Shown here: one piece after another, positions 30,233 through 40,366 of the stretch
How positions within the stretch are numbered: position 1 is the first letter of the stretch
Layout of the letters: every line of letters starts with the position of its first letter
Assembly (NCBI GenBank): GCA_016937995.1
Contig: JAFGVM010000005.1
Coordinates: 1-55,870, forward strand
Direction: 5' to 3'
From: Candidatus Delongbacteria bacterium
Lineage (GTDB): Bacteria > UBA4055
DNA: 55,870 bases
Position numbers and translations under genes: made by a program
Notes under the pieces: model-generated
Database searches by the model: none
Seen by the model: only the letters and a program-made list of their open reading frames with translations
What the model was told of the DNA's origin: nothing

Positions 30233-31360
30233 ATGGGGATAATAATGAGCAGAAAATTAAGAGAAATATTCAGACTTGAAAAAGTTAAGCATCTTACTCC
30301 GGTCTCAATAAAAGCATTGCTGACCTATAATGAGACAGCTGAAGAATGTAAGTATCTTTCTGATGAAGAACTGATAAAATCAGGTGTAAGCAAATCAGGA
30401 AGAAAAAATCTTAGGAATATTATTTTTGACGACATGGTCCTGGATGAACAATTCGAAATTTTAGAAAAACATGGGAAAGTAAAAATCATCACATATTTTG
30501 ATGATGAGTATCCCAAAAATCTTAGAAATATTTTCGATCCTCCACTTTATCTATATTTTAATGGAGAACCCTCAGAGAAAGATGATATTTCGATATCAAT
30601 TGTAGGTTCAAGGACTTTATCAAGGACAGGAATTCAAACAATTAAAAAATTATCCCGGGAATTAGCATCCGAGGGATTTGTCATAATAAGCGGTTTGGCA
30701 ATGGGAGCAGATACAGTGGCACATATTGGAGCAATAGAAGCAAATGGCAGAACTGTTGCTGTACTTGGTTCAGGTTTAGATAAAGATGTAAATGTATGCA
30801 GTAGAAGTACAAGAAGGAAGATAATTGAAACCGGGGGGGCAGTAATATCTCCTTTCAAATTAGGTGTTGACGGTACTGTATATACTTTTCCTGCAAGAAA
30901 TAGAATTATCAGCGGGATGAGTTTAGGTGTGGTCATTGGTGAGGCAAAAATGAAATCCGGATCATTGATTACAGCTTCATTCGGGTTGGAGCAGGGAAGA
31001 GAAGTATTTGCATTGCCGAATTTAATCTATAAAGAACAATTTGAAGGCAGTAATAATTTAATAAAGACCGGTCAGGCTAAATTAGTAATGGGGGTTCAGG
31101 ATATTATAGATGAAATGCCAGAATATGTCCAGAATCTTCTTTCTAATTCTGCAAAAAAAGTAGAAGATAATATTGTGCAATTCGGTGACAAACTGGAGGA
31201 AAAAATATACAGGAGCCTGATAAAAAATAAAATGAATATTGATGAATTAAGTGAGAGATTAGCTTTAGATACAGGTACTTTGATGAGCAAATTATTAATT
31301 CTGGAGTTGAATGGACTTATCCTTCGTGAGCCGAATAATTATTTTTGTATTAATCGCTGA
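30233..31360 (+). CDS. dprA: DNA-processing protein DprA
   Basis: YP..L..I.DPP, IVGSR, ISGLAMG.D..AH, FPARNRIISG, SGSLITA, C-terminal winged helix; start may be 30245. Confidence 0.94.
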   Translation: MGIIMSRKLREIFRLEKVKHLTPVSIKALLTYNETAEECKYLSDEELIKSGVSKSGRKNLRNIIFDDMVLDEQFEILEKHGKVKIITYFDDEYPKNLRNIFDPPLYLYFNGEPSEKDDISISIVGSRTLSRTGIQTIKKLSRELASEGFVIISGLAMGADTVAHIGAIEANGRTVAVLGSGLDKDVNVCSRSTRRKIIETGGAVISPFKLGVDGTVYTFPARNRIISGMSLGVVIGEAKMKSGSLITASFGLEQGREVFALPNLIYKEQFEGSNNLIKTGQAKLVMGVQDIIDEMPEYVQNLLSNSAKKVEDNIVQFGDKLEEKIYRSLIKNKMNIDELSERLALDTGTLMSKLLILELNGLILREPNNYFCINR

Positions 31361-31452
31361 TCACTTTTGTTGTGTTAGCTTACAGTTACAGAAAAAGCTT
31401 ACACAATTGACTCAGAGTATTCTTTAAGATAGAAACTTTATAAAATCTTACC

Positions 31453-31481
31453 TTGAAAAAATTTAATAAAGAGGGTATACT
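31453..31481 (+). promoter_or_regulatory. sigma70-type promoter for queC
   Basis: TTGAAA-17 bp-TATACT. Confidence 0.6.
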
Positions 31482-31516
31482 TATACTGATCTAAGATGTT
31501 TATAAAGGGTATTAGC

Positions 31517-32191
31517 ATGAGTAAAGCAATAGTATTACTGTCAGGAGGTTTGGATTCTACTACTTGTCTTGCAATAGCGTGCTCAAAATTTGACGAGGTA
31601 CATACTGTTTCTTTTGATTATGGACAAAAACACAGTTTTGAGCTTGAATTGGCCGAGTTTAATTCCAAAAGATTTAATGCAAAAGTTCATAAAGTCGCTA
31701 AACTGGATCCTGCATTTTTTAAGAATTCTTCTCTCACTAATACTGATATGACAGTTCAGAAAGATTCATTGAACTTAGATATGATACCTGACACATATGT
31801 TCCGGCAAGGAATACTGTTTTTCTAAGCTATGCTTTAGCTTATGCTGAATCTATTAAGTGTTCAAATATTTTCATAGGTGTCAATAGCGTTGATTATTCA
31901 GGTTATCCTGACTGTAGACCTGAATATATAGAAGCTTTTGAAATAATGTCGAACTTAGCCATAAAAGAATCTGTAGAAGGTAACTTGACCATAAAGATCG
32001 AGACTCCATTGATCGATATGTCTAAATCCGAAATAATAAAAATAGGTAAATCGTTAAATGTAGATTATTCAAAAACTTTATCTTGCTATGATCCAGAAAA
32101 TGGAAAAGCATGCGGACATTGTGACAGCTGTTTACTGAGAAAAAATGGATTTGAACAAGCTGGAATAGCTGATGAAACTCAATATGTATAA
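31517..32191 (+). CDS. queC: 7-cyano-7-deazaguanine synthase
   Basis: SGGLDSTT, TYVPARN, DYSGYPDCRPE, CGHCDSC. Confidence 0.96.
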   Translation: MSKAIVLLSGGLDSTTCLAIACSKFDEVHTVSFDYGQKHSFELELAEFNSKRFNAKVHKVAKLDPAFFKNSSLTNTDMTVQKDSLNLDMIPDTYVPARNTVFLSYALAYAESIKCSNIFIGVNSVDYSGYPDCRPEYIEAFEIMSNLAIKESVEGNLTIKIETPLIDMSKSEIIKIGKSLNVDYSKTLSCYDPENGKACGHCDSCLLRKNGFEQAGIADETQYV

Positions 32192-32214
32192 ATTTTAATT
32201 AAATAACGGATATT

Positions 32215-33216
32215 ATGAAAGTTAGAATAATAATATTAATTACTATAATTTTTACTTCTAATACACTACTATCAAAGTATAAAAATGTTGAGAATATAGG
32301 ACCTGACAGTTTGAGGAATTATATTCCAAATAATAAATACACTTCATTACTCAACTTTAAGAGTGAGTTTAAATCAAGGTTCAAGGATTATAATAATGTA
32401 ATGCTGGTCGATCTGACACATCAGCAGATATTATATGAAGAAAATGGATATGAGATGTGTGAAATAGCATCTCTTACTAAAATGATGTCTATTTTATTGG
32501 TGCTGGAGGAGATCAAATCAGGTAAGTTGTCGTATGATGATACTTTACAAGCTTCAACTAAAGCTTCGAAAATAGGTGGATCTCAAATATTCTTAAGAGA
32601 ATATGAACGTATGAGGGTAGAGGACCTTCTTAAGGCTGTTGTGATAAAATCAGCAAATGATGCTACATTTACTTTTGCGGAAAAGATAGGTGGTGAAAAA
32701 AAGGTTGACGGCTTTGTAGAAATGATGAATATGAGAGCTAAAGAAATTGGGATGATGAATACATATTTTTATTATCCTCACGGACTGCCACCGACATGGC
32801 AGGAAAGAAAAAAAGAGAAAGTTCGCGGTAATAGATCAACTTGTTATGATTTAATTTTATTAGCGGAAGAAATGCTAAAATATCCTAAACTTATAGAATT
32901 AAGTTCTACTTGGTTGGATTATATTCGGGATGAGCCGGGTAAAAAGAAATTTATGTTGCGAAATACAAGCAGATTAATAAAAGATTATCCTTATTTTGAT
33001 GGTTTGAAAACAGGGTTCTATGATAAAGCCGGATTTAACATAGTTGCCACTGCAAAGAAAGATGGTGTAAGATTGGTTGCAGTTGTTCTTGGGACCAGAT
33101 CTATGAAAGGTAGAGATAAATTTGTAAATAAACTTGTTACCTGGGGTTTTGATCAGGTAATTGATGAAGAGGCAGAGGAAGCAGCATTCCAAGAAGATAT
33201 AAAACCAGATCATTAA
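32215..33216 (+). CDS. D-alanyl-D-alanine carboxypeptidase (S11)
   Basis: SLTK, SAN and KTG motifs; PHGL. Confidence 0.92.
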   Translation: MKVRIIILITIIFTSNTLLSKYKNVENIGPDSLRNYIPNNKYTSLLNFKSEFKSRFKDYNNVMLVDLTHQQILYEENGYEMCEIASLTKMMSILLVLEEIKSGKLSYDDTLQASTKASKIGGSQIFLREYERMRVEDLLKAVVIKSANDATFTFAEKIGGEKKVDGFVEMMNMRAKEIGMMNTYFYYPHGLPPTWQERKKEKVRGNRSTCYDLILLAEEMLKYPKLIELSSTWLDYIRDEPGKKKFMLRNTSRLIKDYPYFDGLKTGFYDKAGFNIVATAKKDGVRLVAVVLGTRSMKGRDKFVNKLVTWGFDQVIDEEAEEAAFQEDIKPDH

Positions 33217-33224
33217 ACTTATTT

Positions 33225-33253
33225 TGTCATTCTCGTGCTTGACACGGGAATCT
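33225..33253 (+). repeat. left TGTCAT palindrome flanking GIY-YIG gene
   Basis: TGTCATTCTCGTGCTTGACACGGGAATCT (29 bp). Confidence 0.85.
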
Positions 33254-33262
33254 GTTTTTTAT

Positions 33263-33558
33263 ATGAATAATCAGTATTTTATATATATATTTTGTCTAAT
33301 AAGAAATATGGTGTTTTATATGTTGGAGTTACTTCTGATTTGGTAAAAAGAGTATATCAGCATAAATCAAAATTGATCGAGGGATTTACATCAAGATATA
33401 GTATTGATAAGCTCGTATATTATGAGTATTGTAATGATGTAAAATCAGCTATACAAAGGGAAAAGAATATAAAAAAGTATTTAAGACAGTGGAAAATAGA
33501 TTTGATAGAAAAAGCTAATCCAGAATGGAATGATTTATATTCAGAAATTGTTACTTGA
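33263..33558 (+). pseudogene. small stand-alone GIY-YIG nuclease, frameshifted at (AT)5
   Basis: LYVGVTSDL.KRVYQH, FTSRY...LVYYE, AIQREK..K...RQWKI.LIE..NP.W.DL; N-terminal MNNQYFIYI (ATG 33263) is out of frame with LSNKK unless one AT is removed from 33281-33290. Confidence 0.85.
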
Positions 33559-33566
33559 AGAGCTTT

Positions 33567-33595
33567 AGATCTCCGGATCAAGTCCGAAGATGACA
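33567..33595 (-). repeat. right TGTCAT palindrome flanking GIY-YIG gene
   Basis: reverse complement TGTCATCTTCGGACTTGATCCGGAGATCT (29 bp). Confidence 0.85.
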
Positions 33596-33605
33596 AAATG
33601 ATTAT

Positions 33606-34511
33606 TTAAGTTTTACTTCCCTGATACAAACCATGATGATCCATATATTCTTTAAAAATATTTTTAAACTGTTCGGTAGAAATACCCCATTTTGGAGCGA
33701 TCAGCTCATTCGAATGAGCTCTGGAAAGTAATCTTTGGATCACTATATCTTTTTTTAAATAACTTAGTGAATTACAAAACAATTCTAAATATTTTTCAAG
33801 TGTTAATGGGTTATATGAACCACTTGAATATAAATTTGTAAGTTCTGTATTATTTAAAACTTGCAAATGATGAAATTTTAGATAATCCGGTTTTACCTCA
33901 TTGATCTTTTTCATTGAAGAATAGATCATTGAATCAGTCTCATTTGGAAGACCAATGATCATATGAATACCAATTTTAAAATCTGTATTTTCTCTGATCA
34001 AATTGTAAGCATTCATAAATTCCTGGAATGTATGACCTCTCTTAATATCAGATAAAGTTGAATCATGGATAGATTGGAGACCAAGTTCCAGCCACACCGG
34101 CTTATTATTTGAAGCTTTTTTTAGCATTTCCAAAATTCCAATACTGACATTATCAGGTCTTGTGGATATAGCTAAGACCTTAATGTTTTCAGGATTCATC
34201 GCCTCTGAAAAAGATTTAAATAAATATTCTATATTGCCAAATGTTGAAGTATTATCCTGGAAGTATGCAATAAATTTATCGGTTTGATATTTTTTTTTCA
34301 AATATGGTAATGCGTCGTCGATCTGTTCTTTCACTGTGAATAATTTCTTAGATGTATGAGGAAGGAAAGATGTCTGATTGCAATAAATACATGGTGGGTC
34401 ATTTGGACAAGGAGTATGAAGTGTAAGGCCGATCTTTCCGTATTTCTCTCCAAATGTCTTTTTTAGGTATGAAATAAAGTCTGTGTAATAATATCTTTCA
34501 TTTTTTTTCAT
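33606..34511 (-). CDS. TIGR01212 (YhcC-like) radical SAM protein
   Basis: CPN...CIYC, IAYFQ..TST, ISTRPD, ELGLQS.H..TL..I.RGH, IGLP.E. Confidence 0.88.
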   Translation of the reverse strand: MKKNERYYYTDFISYLKKTFGEKYGKIGLTLHTPCPNDPPCIYCNQTSFLPHTSKKLFTVKEQIDDALPYLKKKYQTDKFIAYFQDNTSTFGNIEYLFKSFSEAMNPENIKVLAISTRPDNVSIGILEMLKKASNNKPVWLELGLQSIHDSTLSDIKRGHTFQEFMNAYNLIRENTDFKIGIHMIIGLPNETDSMIYSSMKKINEVKPDYLKFHHLQVLNNTELTNLYSSGSYNPLTLEKYLELFCNSLSYLKKDIVIQRLLSRAHSNELIAPKWGISTEQFKNIFKEYMDHHGLYQGSKT

Positions 34512-34689
34512 GTTTGAAATATATGAAAGAAATTAATAATTTCCACATATATCACGTTTATTTCGAATCATTTAAAAAAAATACTGAAAATGGACTTTTG
34601 CAGAAGTTTTTATCTACTTGCAATTCATTCTTATATATCATAATTTATATAGCTTATAGTGTCATAGACTATTAATAGGTGTTCCTAGT

Positions 34690-35853
34690 ATGAAGTTCAA
34701 GCCAGACTATAACGGTGGAAGTATTGTTAACCTGATGAGTACGATATCAGGATGTTTCAATGTTGATTCAAAATATTCTGAACTCAGAGATTTACCTTCA
34801 AGTGACCTAAAGAAATATGATAATATCGTTACACTTGTGATCGATGGTCTTGGATATAAGTTCGTTGATAATACCAGAGATAATTTGATAAAAGACAACG
34901 TTATCAGTAAGATCACATCAGTATTTCCTACGACAACAGCAGCTTGTATTACAAGTTTTGCAACCGGGTTAGCTCCTCTGAATCACGGAATAACAGGCTG
35001 GTTCATGAAAGTTAAGAAAGGTAGAAAAGTTTTTCCGTCCACGATACTGCTTTTTAATAACAGGAGAACAGGAAAGCTTTTAACAGAATACCGGATCGAT
35101 CCAATAGATGTGTTCATCGATAACAGGTTATCCAGAAAGATAAATGATATCACTGTGATCCATCCGGAAGCAATCAATAACTCTACATATTCGAACTATA
35201 TGCTTGACGGTGCAACGAAGCTGAATTATAAAGATCTTAAGGATTATTTTTCAGTAACAGCCCAAGCAGTTAAAAAGAGAAGTAAAACAAAAAAATACAT
35301 TTACTCTTACTTGCCTGATTTTGATGGTTATTTCCATGAATTGGGCGGCAAAAGCAAGGAAGTGAAAGATCTATATGCTAAGATCAACTCCGAGTTGGAG
35401 ATTTTTCTGAAGAACATTAAAGATACAAATACTCTTGTGCTGATCACCGCTGATCATGGACTGAAAAATAATGACCATGCCTCAAGATTCAATATGAATG
35501 AGTTTCCTGAGATCGTTGATCTACTCAATTTCCCGCTTTGTGGTGAACCGAGAGCAGCATATTGCTATGTAAAGAGAGGGAAAAAAGAGGAATTTGAAAA
35601 TCTGGTAAAGAAAAAATTGGGCCATGCTTTTGATATTGTAAAAAGTACTGATATGATCGATCAAGGATATTTTGGGTTATATGATGCACTTCCAGCCTTC
35701 AAATACAGGGTTGGAGATTATATCCTAATGGCTAAGAAAAATTATATAATCAAAGATTTTCTTCCAAGAGAGGAAGTTAAACATCATATGGCTGATCATG
35801 GTGGACTGAGTGAAGAGGAATTATTTGTACCATTGTGTGTATTCGAGGTATAA
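34690..35853 (+). CDS. alkaline phosphatase superfamily protein (type I phosphodiesterase/nucleotide pyrophosphatase)
   Basis: IDGLG, SVFPTTTA, D...H, ITADHG, HGGLS.EE..VP. Confidence 0.88.
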   Translation: MKFKPDYNGGSIVNLMSTISGCFNVDSKYSELRDLPSSDLKKYDNIVTLVIDGLGYKFVDNTRDNLIKDNVISKITSVFPTTTAACITSFATGLAPLNHGITGWFMKVKKGRKVFPSTILLFNNRRTGKLLTEYRIDPIDVFIDNRLSRKINDITVIHPEAINNSTYSNYMLDGATKLNYKDLKDYFSVTAQAVKKRSKTKKYIYSYLPDFDGYFHELGGKSKEVKDLYAKINSELEIFLKNIKDTNTLVLITADHGLKNNDHASRFNMNEFPEIVDLLNFPLCGEPRAAYCYVKRGKKEEFENLVKKKLGHAFDIVKSTDMIDQGYFGLYDALPAFKYRVGDYILMAKKNYIIKDFLPREEVKHHMADHGGLSEEELFVPLCVFEV

Positions 35854-35886
35854 ATAAATTGACAGTTGGCAATGGACTATTATTCT

Positions 35887-35962
35887 GTAGGGGGAAGGCT
35901 CCTACGTCTTCCCGCATCGTAGAAAACAAGATTGCAGCGGATCAAAGGTCCTCGCAATGACA
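35887..35962. repeat. GTAG REP followed by a TGTCAT palindrome
   Basis: GTAGGGGGAAGGCTCCTACGTCTTCCCGCA 35887-35916; AGATTGC...CTCGCAATGACA 35929-35962. Confidence 0.7.
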
Positions 35963-35973
35963 AAGGAAAAAAC

Positions 35974-36813
35974 ATGGAATTAAAATACAAAGAACTGATA
36001 AAATTAGCATTCGATGAGGATCTTGATAAGATCGGGGATATAACTACAAATTCAATTATACCTGTAGAACAGGAAGGTAAAGCGATCCTTAAAGCTAAGG
36101 AAAATGGGGTAGTATCAGGTATTCAGGTTTTTAAAGATTGCTTCGAATATATCGATGAAACTGTAAAGGTAGAATTTTTTATCTCTGATGGTGATAAAGT
36201 AGCTGTTGGAGATATTGTAGCTACTATCAACGGTAAGTTGAATTCGATCCTGAAAGCAGAAAGAACAGCTTTGAACTTTATTCAGAGAATGTCGGGTATT
36301 TCTACTCTAACTTCGAAATTCAGCAAAAAACTGCAAGGGACTGATACTAAAATTCTCGATACAAGGAAAACATTACCGGGGTTCAGATCTCTTGACAAAT
36401 ATGCAGTTAAAATGGGTGGTGGCAAAAATCACAGGATTGGACTATTTGATATGTTCCTTATCAAGGATAATCATGTAAAAGCTGCAGGATCAGTTGGAGA
36501 TGCTATCACAAAAGCCAAAGAATATAAAATGAAAAACTCACTTGACGTAAAGATCGAAGTAGAGATCAGGAATATTGATGAATTCAAAGAAGCTTTACAG
36601 TTCGGTGCTGATATTATTATGCTTGACAATATGAGCAGAGAAGAAATCATTGAGTGTGTGAAGTTAAACGCCGGAACTTCAAAGCTAGAAATCTCCGGAA
36701 ATGTTACACTGGATAATATTGAGAGAATAGCTGATACAGGTGTAGATTATATTTCATCAGGAGCGTTGACGCACAGTGTAAAAGGGTTGGATCTAAGTTT
36801 GTTGGTAACGTAA
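35974..36813 (+). CDS. nadC: nicotinate-nucleotide diphosphorylase (carboxylating)
   Basis: DTRKT.PG, HR.GLFD..LIKDNH, IMLDN, E.SG, GALTHS; start moved to ATG 35974 because upstream codons are repeat DNA. Confidence 0.95.
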   Translation: MELKYKELIKLAFDEDLDKIGDITTNSIIPVEQEGKAILKAKENGVVSGIQVFKDCFEYIDETVKVEFFISDGDKVAVGDIVATINGKLNSILKAERTALNFIQRMSGISTLTSKFSKKLQGTDTKILDTRKTLPGFRSLDKYAVKMGGGKNHRIGLFDMFLIKDNHVKAAGSVGDAITKAKEYKMKNSLDVKIEVEIRNIDEFKEALQFGADIIMLDNMSREEIIECVKLNAGTSKLEISGNVTLDNIERIADTGVDYISSGALTHSVKGLDLSLLVT

Positions 36814-36825
36814 ATAAAATGCATC

Positions 36826-36858
36826 TGTCATCCTCGTGCATCGGGATCTGCATGACAG
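36826..36858 (+). repeat. collapsed TGTCAT palindrome doublet
   Basis: TGTCATCCTCGTGCATCGGGATCT followed by GCATGACAG. Confidence 0.6.
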
Positions 36859-36888
36859 AACAATAAGTCAGCAATGACATGGGAAAAT

Positions 36889-38514
36889 ATGAAAATAAAA
36901 ATCTTTAAATACATATCAATGATTTCAATGATCATTTTAGTATCATGTGCAACTGACTATAGGCGATGGCCATCGGGTGGTATTGAAGATAGGATATCTC
37001 CTACTATCACATACTTTACTCCTGAGATAGGATCTTTAAACCAAGATAAGGATATTGTTGCTGAAATAGAGTTTGATGAATTCATTGATTATGCTTCGAC
37101 AAGAAATGCTATCACAATATCTCCATATTCAGCACAAGACAGAAGCAGGATCACATGGTATGAAAAGAGCGTAAAGATAGAATTTTCTGAACTAGGAGAA
37201 GATCAAACTGTATTGATAGTAGTTAATACATCATTGAGCGATCTGAGAAAAAACACATTGAAGAATAATTTCATTTTGAATTTTTCTACGGGTTCAAAAA
37301 TTGACACGAAGGAATTTGCAGGAAAAGTGGATGGTGCAATAATAAACAAAAAAATAGAATTCCTGAATTATTCAAAACTCAAAGTTAACCTGTACAGAAA
37401 AGGTGATTTTCGTTTTTACGATATAAATAAGATAAATCCCGAGTATAGCATTGGAGTATCCTCGGATATGTCATATAAGTTCACCAATGTTTCGGCTGAT
37501 AATTATGTTCCGGTAGTTTGCTATGATAAAAATAACAACTCAAAGATCGAGCTTGATGATGAATATATTGCCCTGACAGATGTGATCGACCTTAAAACAA
37601 ATGATAAGCTGGACCACGATTTTACACTGGCTAAAATAGATACAATACCCCCTTTTATCAAAGATATTGTGATGAAAGAGTCTGATATTCTGGAGATTGT
37701 TCTCTCTGAAAATGTAAAAAATATCAAAAATATACTCTCAGAAATTACTCAAACGGATAATGTTATTGAGTATGAAGAGCTGTATGATATTGACATAAGG
37801 GATAAATTTTATATCAAGTCGAACAACCTTGATATCTCAAAAGAGATAACTGTTGTATTGAATGAAGTAACTGATATCTACTCAAATTCCATAAATGAAA
37901 AAATGCGATCAAAATCTGTTTTTGTTGGTGATAGTGTAAAAAGATCAATCCTCAGAATTAATTCGGATTTCAGCAGCAGTATTTTCAATGATCAAAAAAT
38001 TGCTGTAAAATACAATCTGATCGATCCTGATAGTTTATTTATAGAGTTGATCAGCAATGTGGATAGTTCAATAATTAATTTGAATGATATTGCTGAAAAA
38101 AAACTTTTTAAAACAGAAATTGATCTGTCTAAAAAAGTTATTGAAGATGGAAAATATTTATTGGCTGTAAAACGTGGAGAAAAATTAATTTTTTCAAAAA
38201 ATGTAAATCTTGAATCCGAGTTGGGATATGGTATTGTTTCAGGAGTAATGGAAGGTAGTTCAGGTTCGGTAAATATTATTTTTCAAAATTGTAAAAACAC
38301 GAACCTTTCATATTGCGAGAATGTTCAAACAACAGATTACAAGATCAAATTGAGACCGGGCAAATATCTTTGTGCAGCATACGAAGATACAAATAGTGAT
38401 GGAATATTCAGTTTGGATCATAATCAAAAGAGTATGGAAAGGTCAGTGTTTTTAAAAGATACTGTCCTAGTGAGGAAAAACTGGGAATCAGGAGATATTA
38501 ACTTTAAATTTTAG
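36889..38514 (+). CDS. lipoprotein with Ig-like (Big_5-type) domain
   Basis: lipobox LVSCA, PSGG..D..SP, IEFDEFI, FSTG..ID; alternative start 36874. Confidence 0.75.
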   Translation: MKIKIFKYISMISMIILVSCATDYRRWPSGGIEDRISPTITYFTPEIGSLNQDKDIVAEIEFDEFIDYASTRNAITISPYSAQDRSRITWYEKSVKIEFSELGEDQTVLIVVNTSLSDLRKNTLKNNFILNFSTGSKIDTKEFAGKVDGAIINKKIEFLNYSKLKVNLYRKGDFRFYDINKINPEYSIGVSSDMSYKFTNVSADNYVPVVCYDKNNNSKIELDDEYIALTDVIDLKTNDKLDHDFTLAKIDTIPPFIKDIVMKESDILEIVLSENVKNIKNILSEITQTDNVIEYEELYDIDIRDKFYIKSNNLDISKEITVVLNEVTDIYSNSINEKMRSKSVFVGDSVKRSILRINSDFSSSIFNDQKIAVKYNLIDPDSLFIELISNVDSSIINLNDIAEKKLFKTEIDLSKKVIEDGKYLLAVKRGEKLIFSKNVNLESELGYGIVSGVMEGSSGSVNIIFQNCKNTNLSYCENVQTTDYKIKLRPGKYLCAAYEDTNSDGIFSLDHNQKSMERSVFLKDTVLVRKNWESGDINFKF

Positions 38515-38530
38515 AAATTGAGGAGATTTT

Positions 38531-39598
38531 ATGTACGCATTGATCATGGCTGGAGGTGTCGGAGCGAGATTCTGGCCGAAAAGCCGTTTGAGAACACCTA
38601 AACATCTTTTAAAAATAATAAACGATAAAACCATGCTTGAAAACACAGTCTCTCGCCTTGATTCTTTGATAAAACGGGATGATTGTTATATAATCACCAA
38701 CAAGGAGCAAAAAACGAATGTTGCTACAAATGTAGAGAATTTCAATATGGAAAATATTATTTCCGAACCTTTAGGAAGGAATACTGCTGCAGCGATCGGT
38801 TATGGAGCAATAAAACTTCTGCAAAAGGATAAAGATGCAATTATGGTCGTTCTACCCGCTGATCATTACATAAAAAACGTGGATGAGTTTTCAAAAATTG
38901 TAACTACTGCTGCTGATTACTGTGAAAAAAATGATGATTGTCTGATCACGATCGGGATCGAACCGACCCACCCTGAAACGGGATACGGTTATATCCAGAT
39001 CGGAAAGGATGCGGGATATGGAGCATTCGAAGTGAAATCTTTTGCTGAAAAACCAAATTTTGAAACGGCAGTGAGATTTCTTGAGAACGGAGATTTTTAT
39101 TGGAACAGTGGTATGTTCATCTGGAAAGCATCTACGATCTTGAATGAGATAAAAAAACATATTCCTGATCTTTTCGAAAGTTTAATGAACCTGAAACAGG
39201 CTTTGGAAGACAATGATTCAAATGATGTTATTGAAAGGATATATTCAGAAATGAAATCAATTTCAATTGATTACGGTGTGATGGAGAAAGCTGAAAATGT
39301 AAAAGTATTTGTTGGTGATTTCGGATGGTCTGATGTTGGAAGCTGGTTTGAAATATACAGGATGAAAGATAAAGACAGTGATGAAAATGTTATTGATGCA
39401 AATTTTATCTCAGTTGATACAAAGGGATGTTATATAGTATCGGATAACAAGGAAAAACTAATAACCACGATAGGGATTCAGGATATGGCTGTTATTGATA
39501 CCGATGATTCACTTTTGATAACTCCTTTATCAAGATCACAGGATGTAAAAGAACTTGTAGAGAAGCTTAAGGCAAAAAAATACATCGATGTACTTTAG
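38531..39598 (+). CDS. manC: mannose-1-phosphate guanylyltransferase
   Basis: IMAGG.G.RFWP.SR...PK, EP.GRNTA, ETGYGYI, F.EKP, WNSGMF, SIDY, WSDVGSW. Confidence 0.94.
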   Translation: MYALIMAGGVGARFWPKSRLRTPKHLLKIINDKTMLENTVSRLDSLIKRDDCYIITNKEQKTNVATNVENFNMENIISEPLGRNTAAAIGYGAIKLLQKDKDAIMVVLPADHYIKNVDEFSKIVTTAADYCEKNDDCLITIGIEPTHPETGYGYIQIGKDAGYGAFEVKSFAEKPNFETAVRFLENGDFYWNSGMFIWKASTILNEIKKHIPDLFESLMNLKQALEDNDSNDVIERIYSEMKSISIDYGVMEKAENVKVFVGDFGWSDVGSWFEIYRMKDKDSDENVIDANFISVDTKGCYIVSDNKEKLITTIGIQDMAVIDTDDSLLITPLSRSQDVKELVEKLKAKKYIDVL

Positions 39599-39667
39599 TT
39601 AACTCTCAACTGCGAACTTTAAGTTTTGCAGAAGATATGTTGATTTAAGTGTTAAATGGAGGTAATC

Positions 39668-40366
39668 ATGGATGATAAAAGAAAACAGGAATTTTTAAAA
39701 TCGATATCATTATGTGAAAATATGAATGATAATGATATTCAGACAATATCAGAGCATTGCAGGATCAAGAGTTATAAAAAGAAGAACGTAATTTTTCTTG
39801 AGAGTGATCAGGGAAGTATGTTGTATCTGATATATTCAGGGCGTGTTAAAATAACAAAATTGAACGAAGAAGGCAATGAAGTGATACTGACTATTCTGGG
39901 TGACGGTGATTATTTTGGAGAAATGTCCTTACTAGACGATCAGGATAGAAATGCAAATGCAATTGCAATGGATGATGTAGAGTTATTGACTATAACAAAA
40001 AACGAATTCGTTAATCTAATCATTACAAACCCAACTTTATCACTAAATCTTCTAAAAACTTTTGCGATAAGACTGAGAGTCACAGACATCAGAATGAAAA
40101 GTTTCTTTTTAGATGATGCTCAGAAAAAAGTAATAATCACTCTTCATAATCTTGCAGAGAACATGGGTATAAGGGACGGGGATGATATCATAATCGTTGA
40201 AGTCCCAAATCAGACAGATCTGGCAAATATGACCGGAATATCAAGAGAGACACTTTCCAGGATCATAAATAAATTTGAAATAAACAATATAATTGAAAGA
40301 CAGAATAAGAACTTCAAAATACTGAAATACAAAGAATTCGTCCAGAGATTCATCGATAATGACTAA
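39668..40366 (+). CDS. Crp/Fnr family transcriptional regulator
   Basis: FGEMSLLD...RNANA cNMP pocket; HTH LANMTGISRETLSR; SD GGAGGT before 39668. Confidence 0.92.
   Translation: MDDKRKQEFLKSISLCENMNDNDIQTISEHCRIKSYKKKNVIFLESDQGSMLYLIYSGRVKITKLNEEGNEVILTILGDGDYFGEMSLLDDQDRNANAIAMDDVELLTITKNEFVNLIITNPTLSLNLLKTFAIRLRVTDIRMKSFFLDDAQKKVIITLHNLAENMGIRDGDDIIIVEVPNQTDLANMTGISRETLSRIINKFEINNIIERQNKNFKILKYKEFVQRFIDND

Noticed and set aside
31361-31516. preQ1 riboswitch upstream of queC
   Set aside because: No GGTTC-loop hairpin with the A-rich AAAAAACTA tail; the promoter-like motif leaves only a short leader
35932-35973. N-terminal extensions of NadC (also GpsA, ObgE, ClpC) in the ORF track
   Set aside because: Upstream codons fall in repeat or intergenic DNA, and downstream ATGs match the family starts
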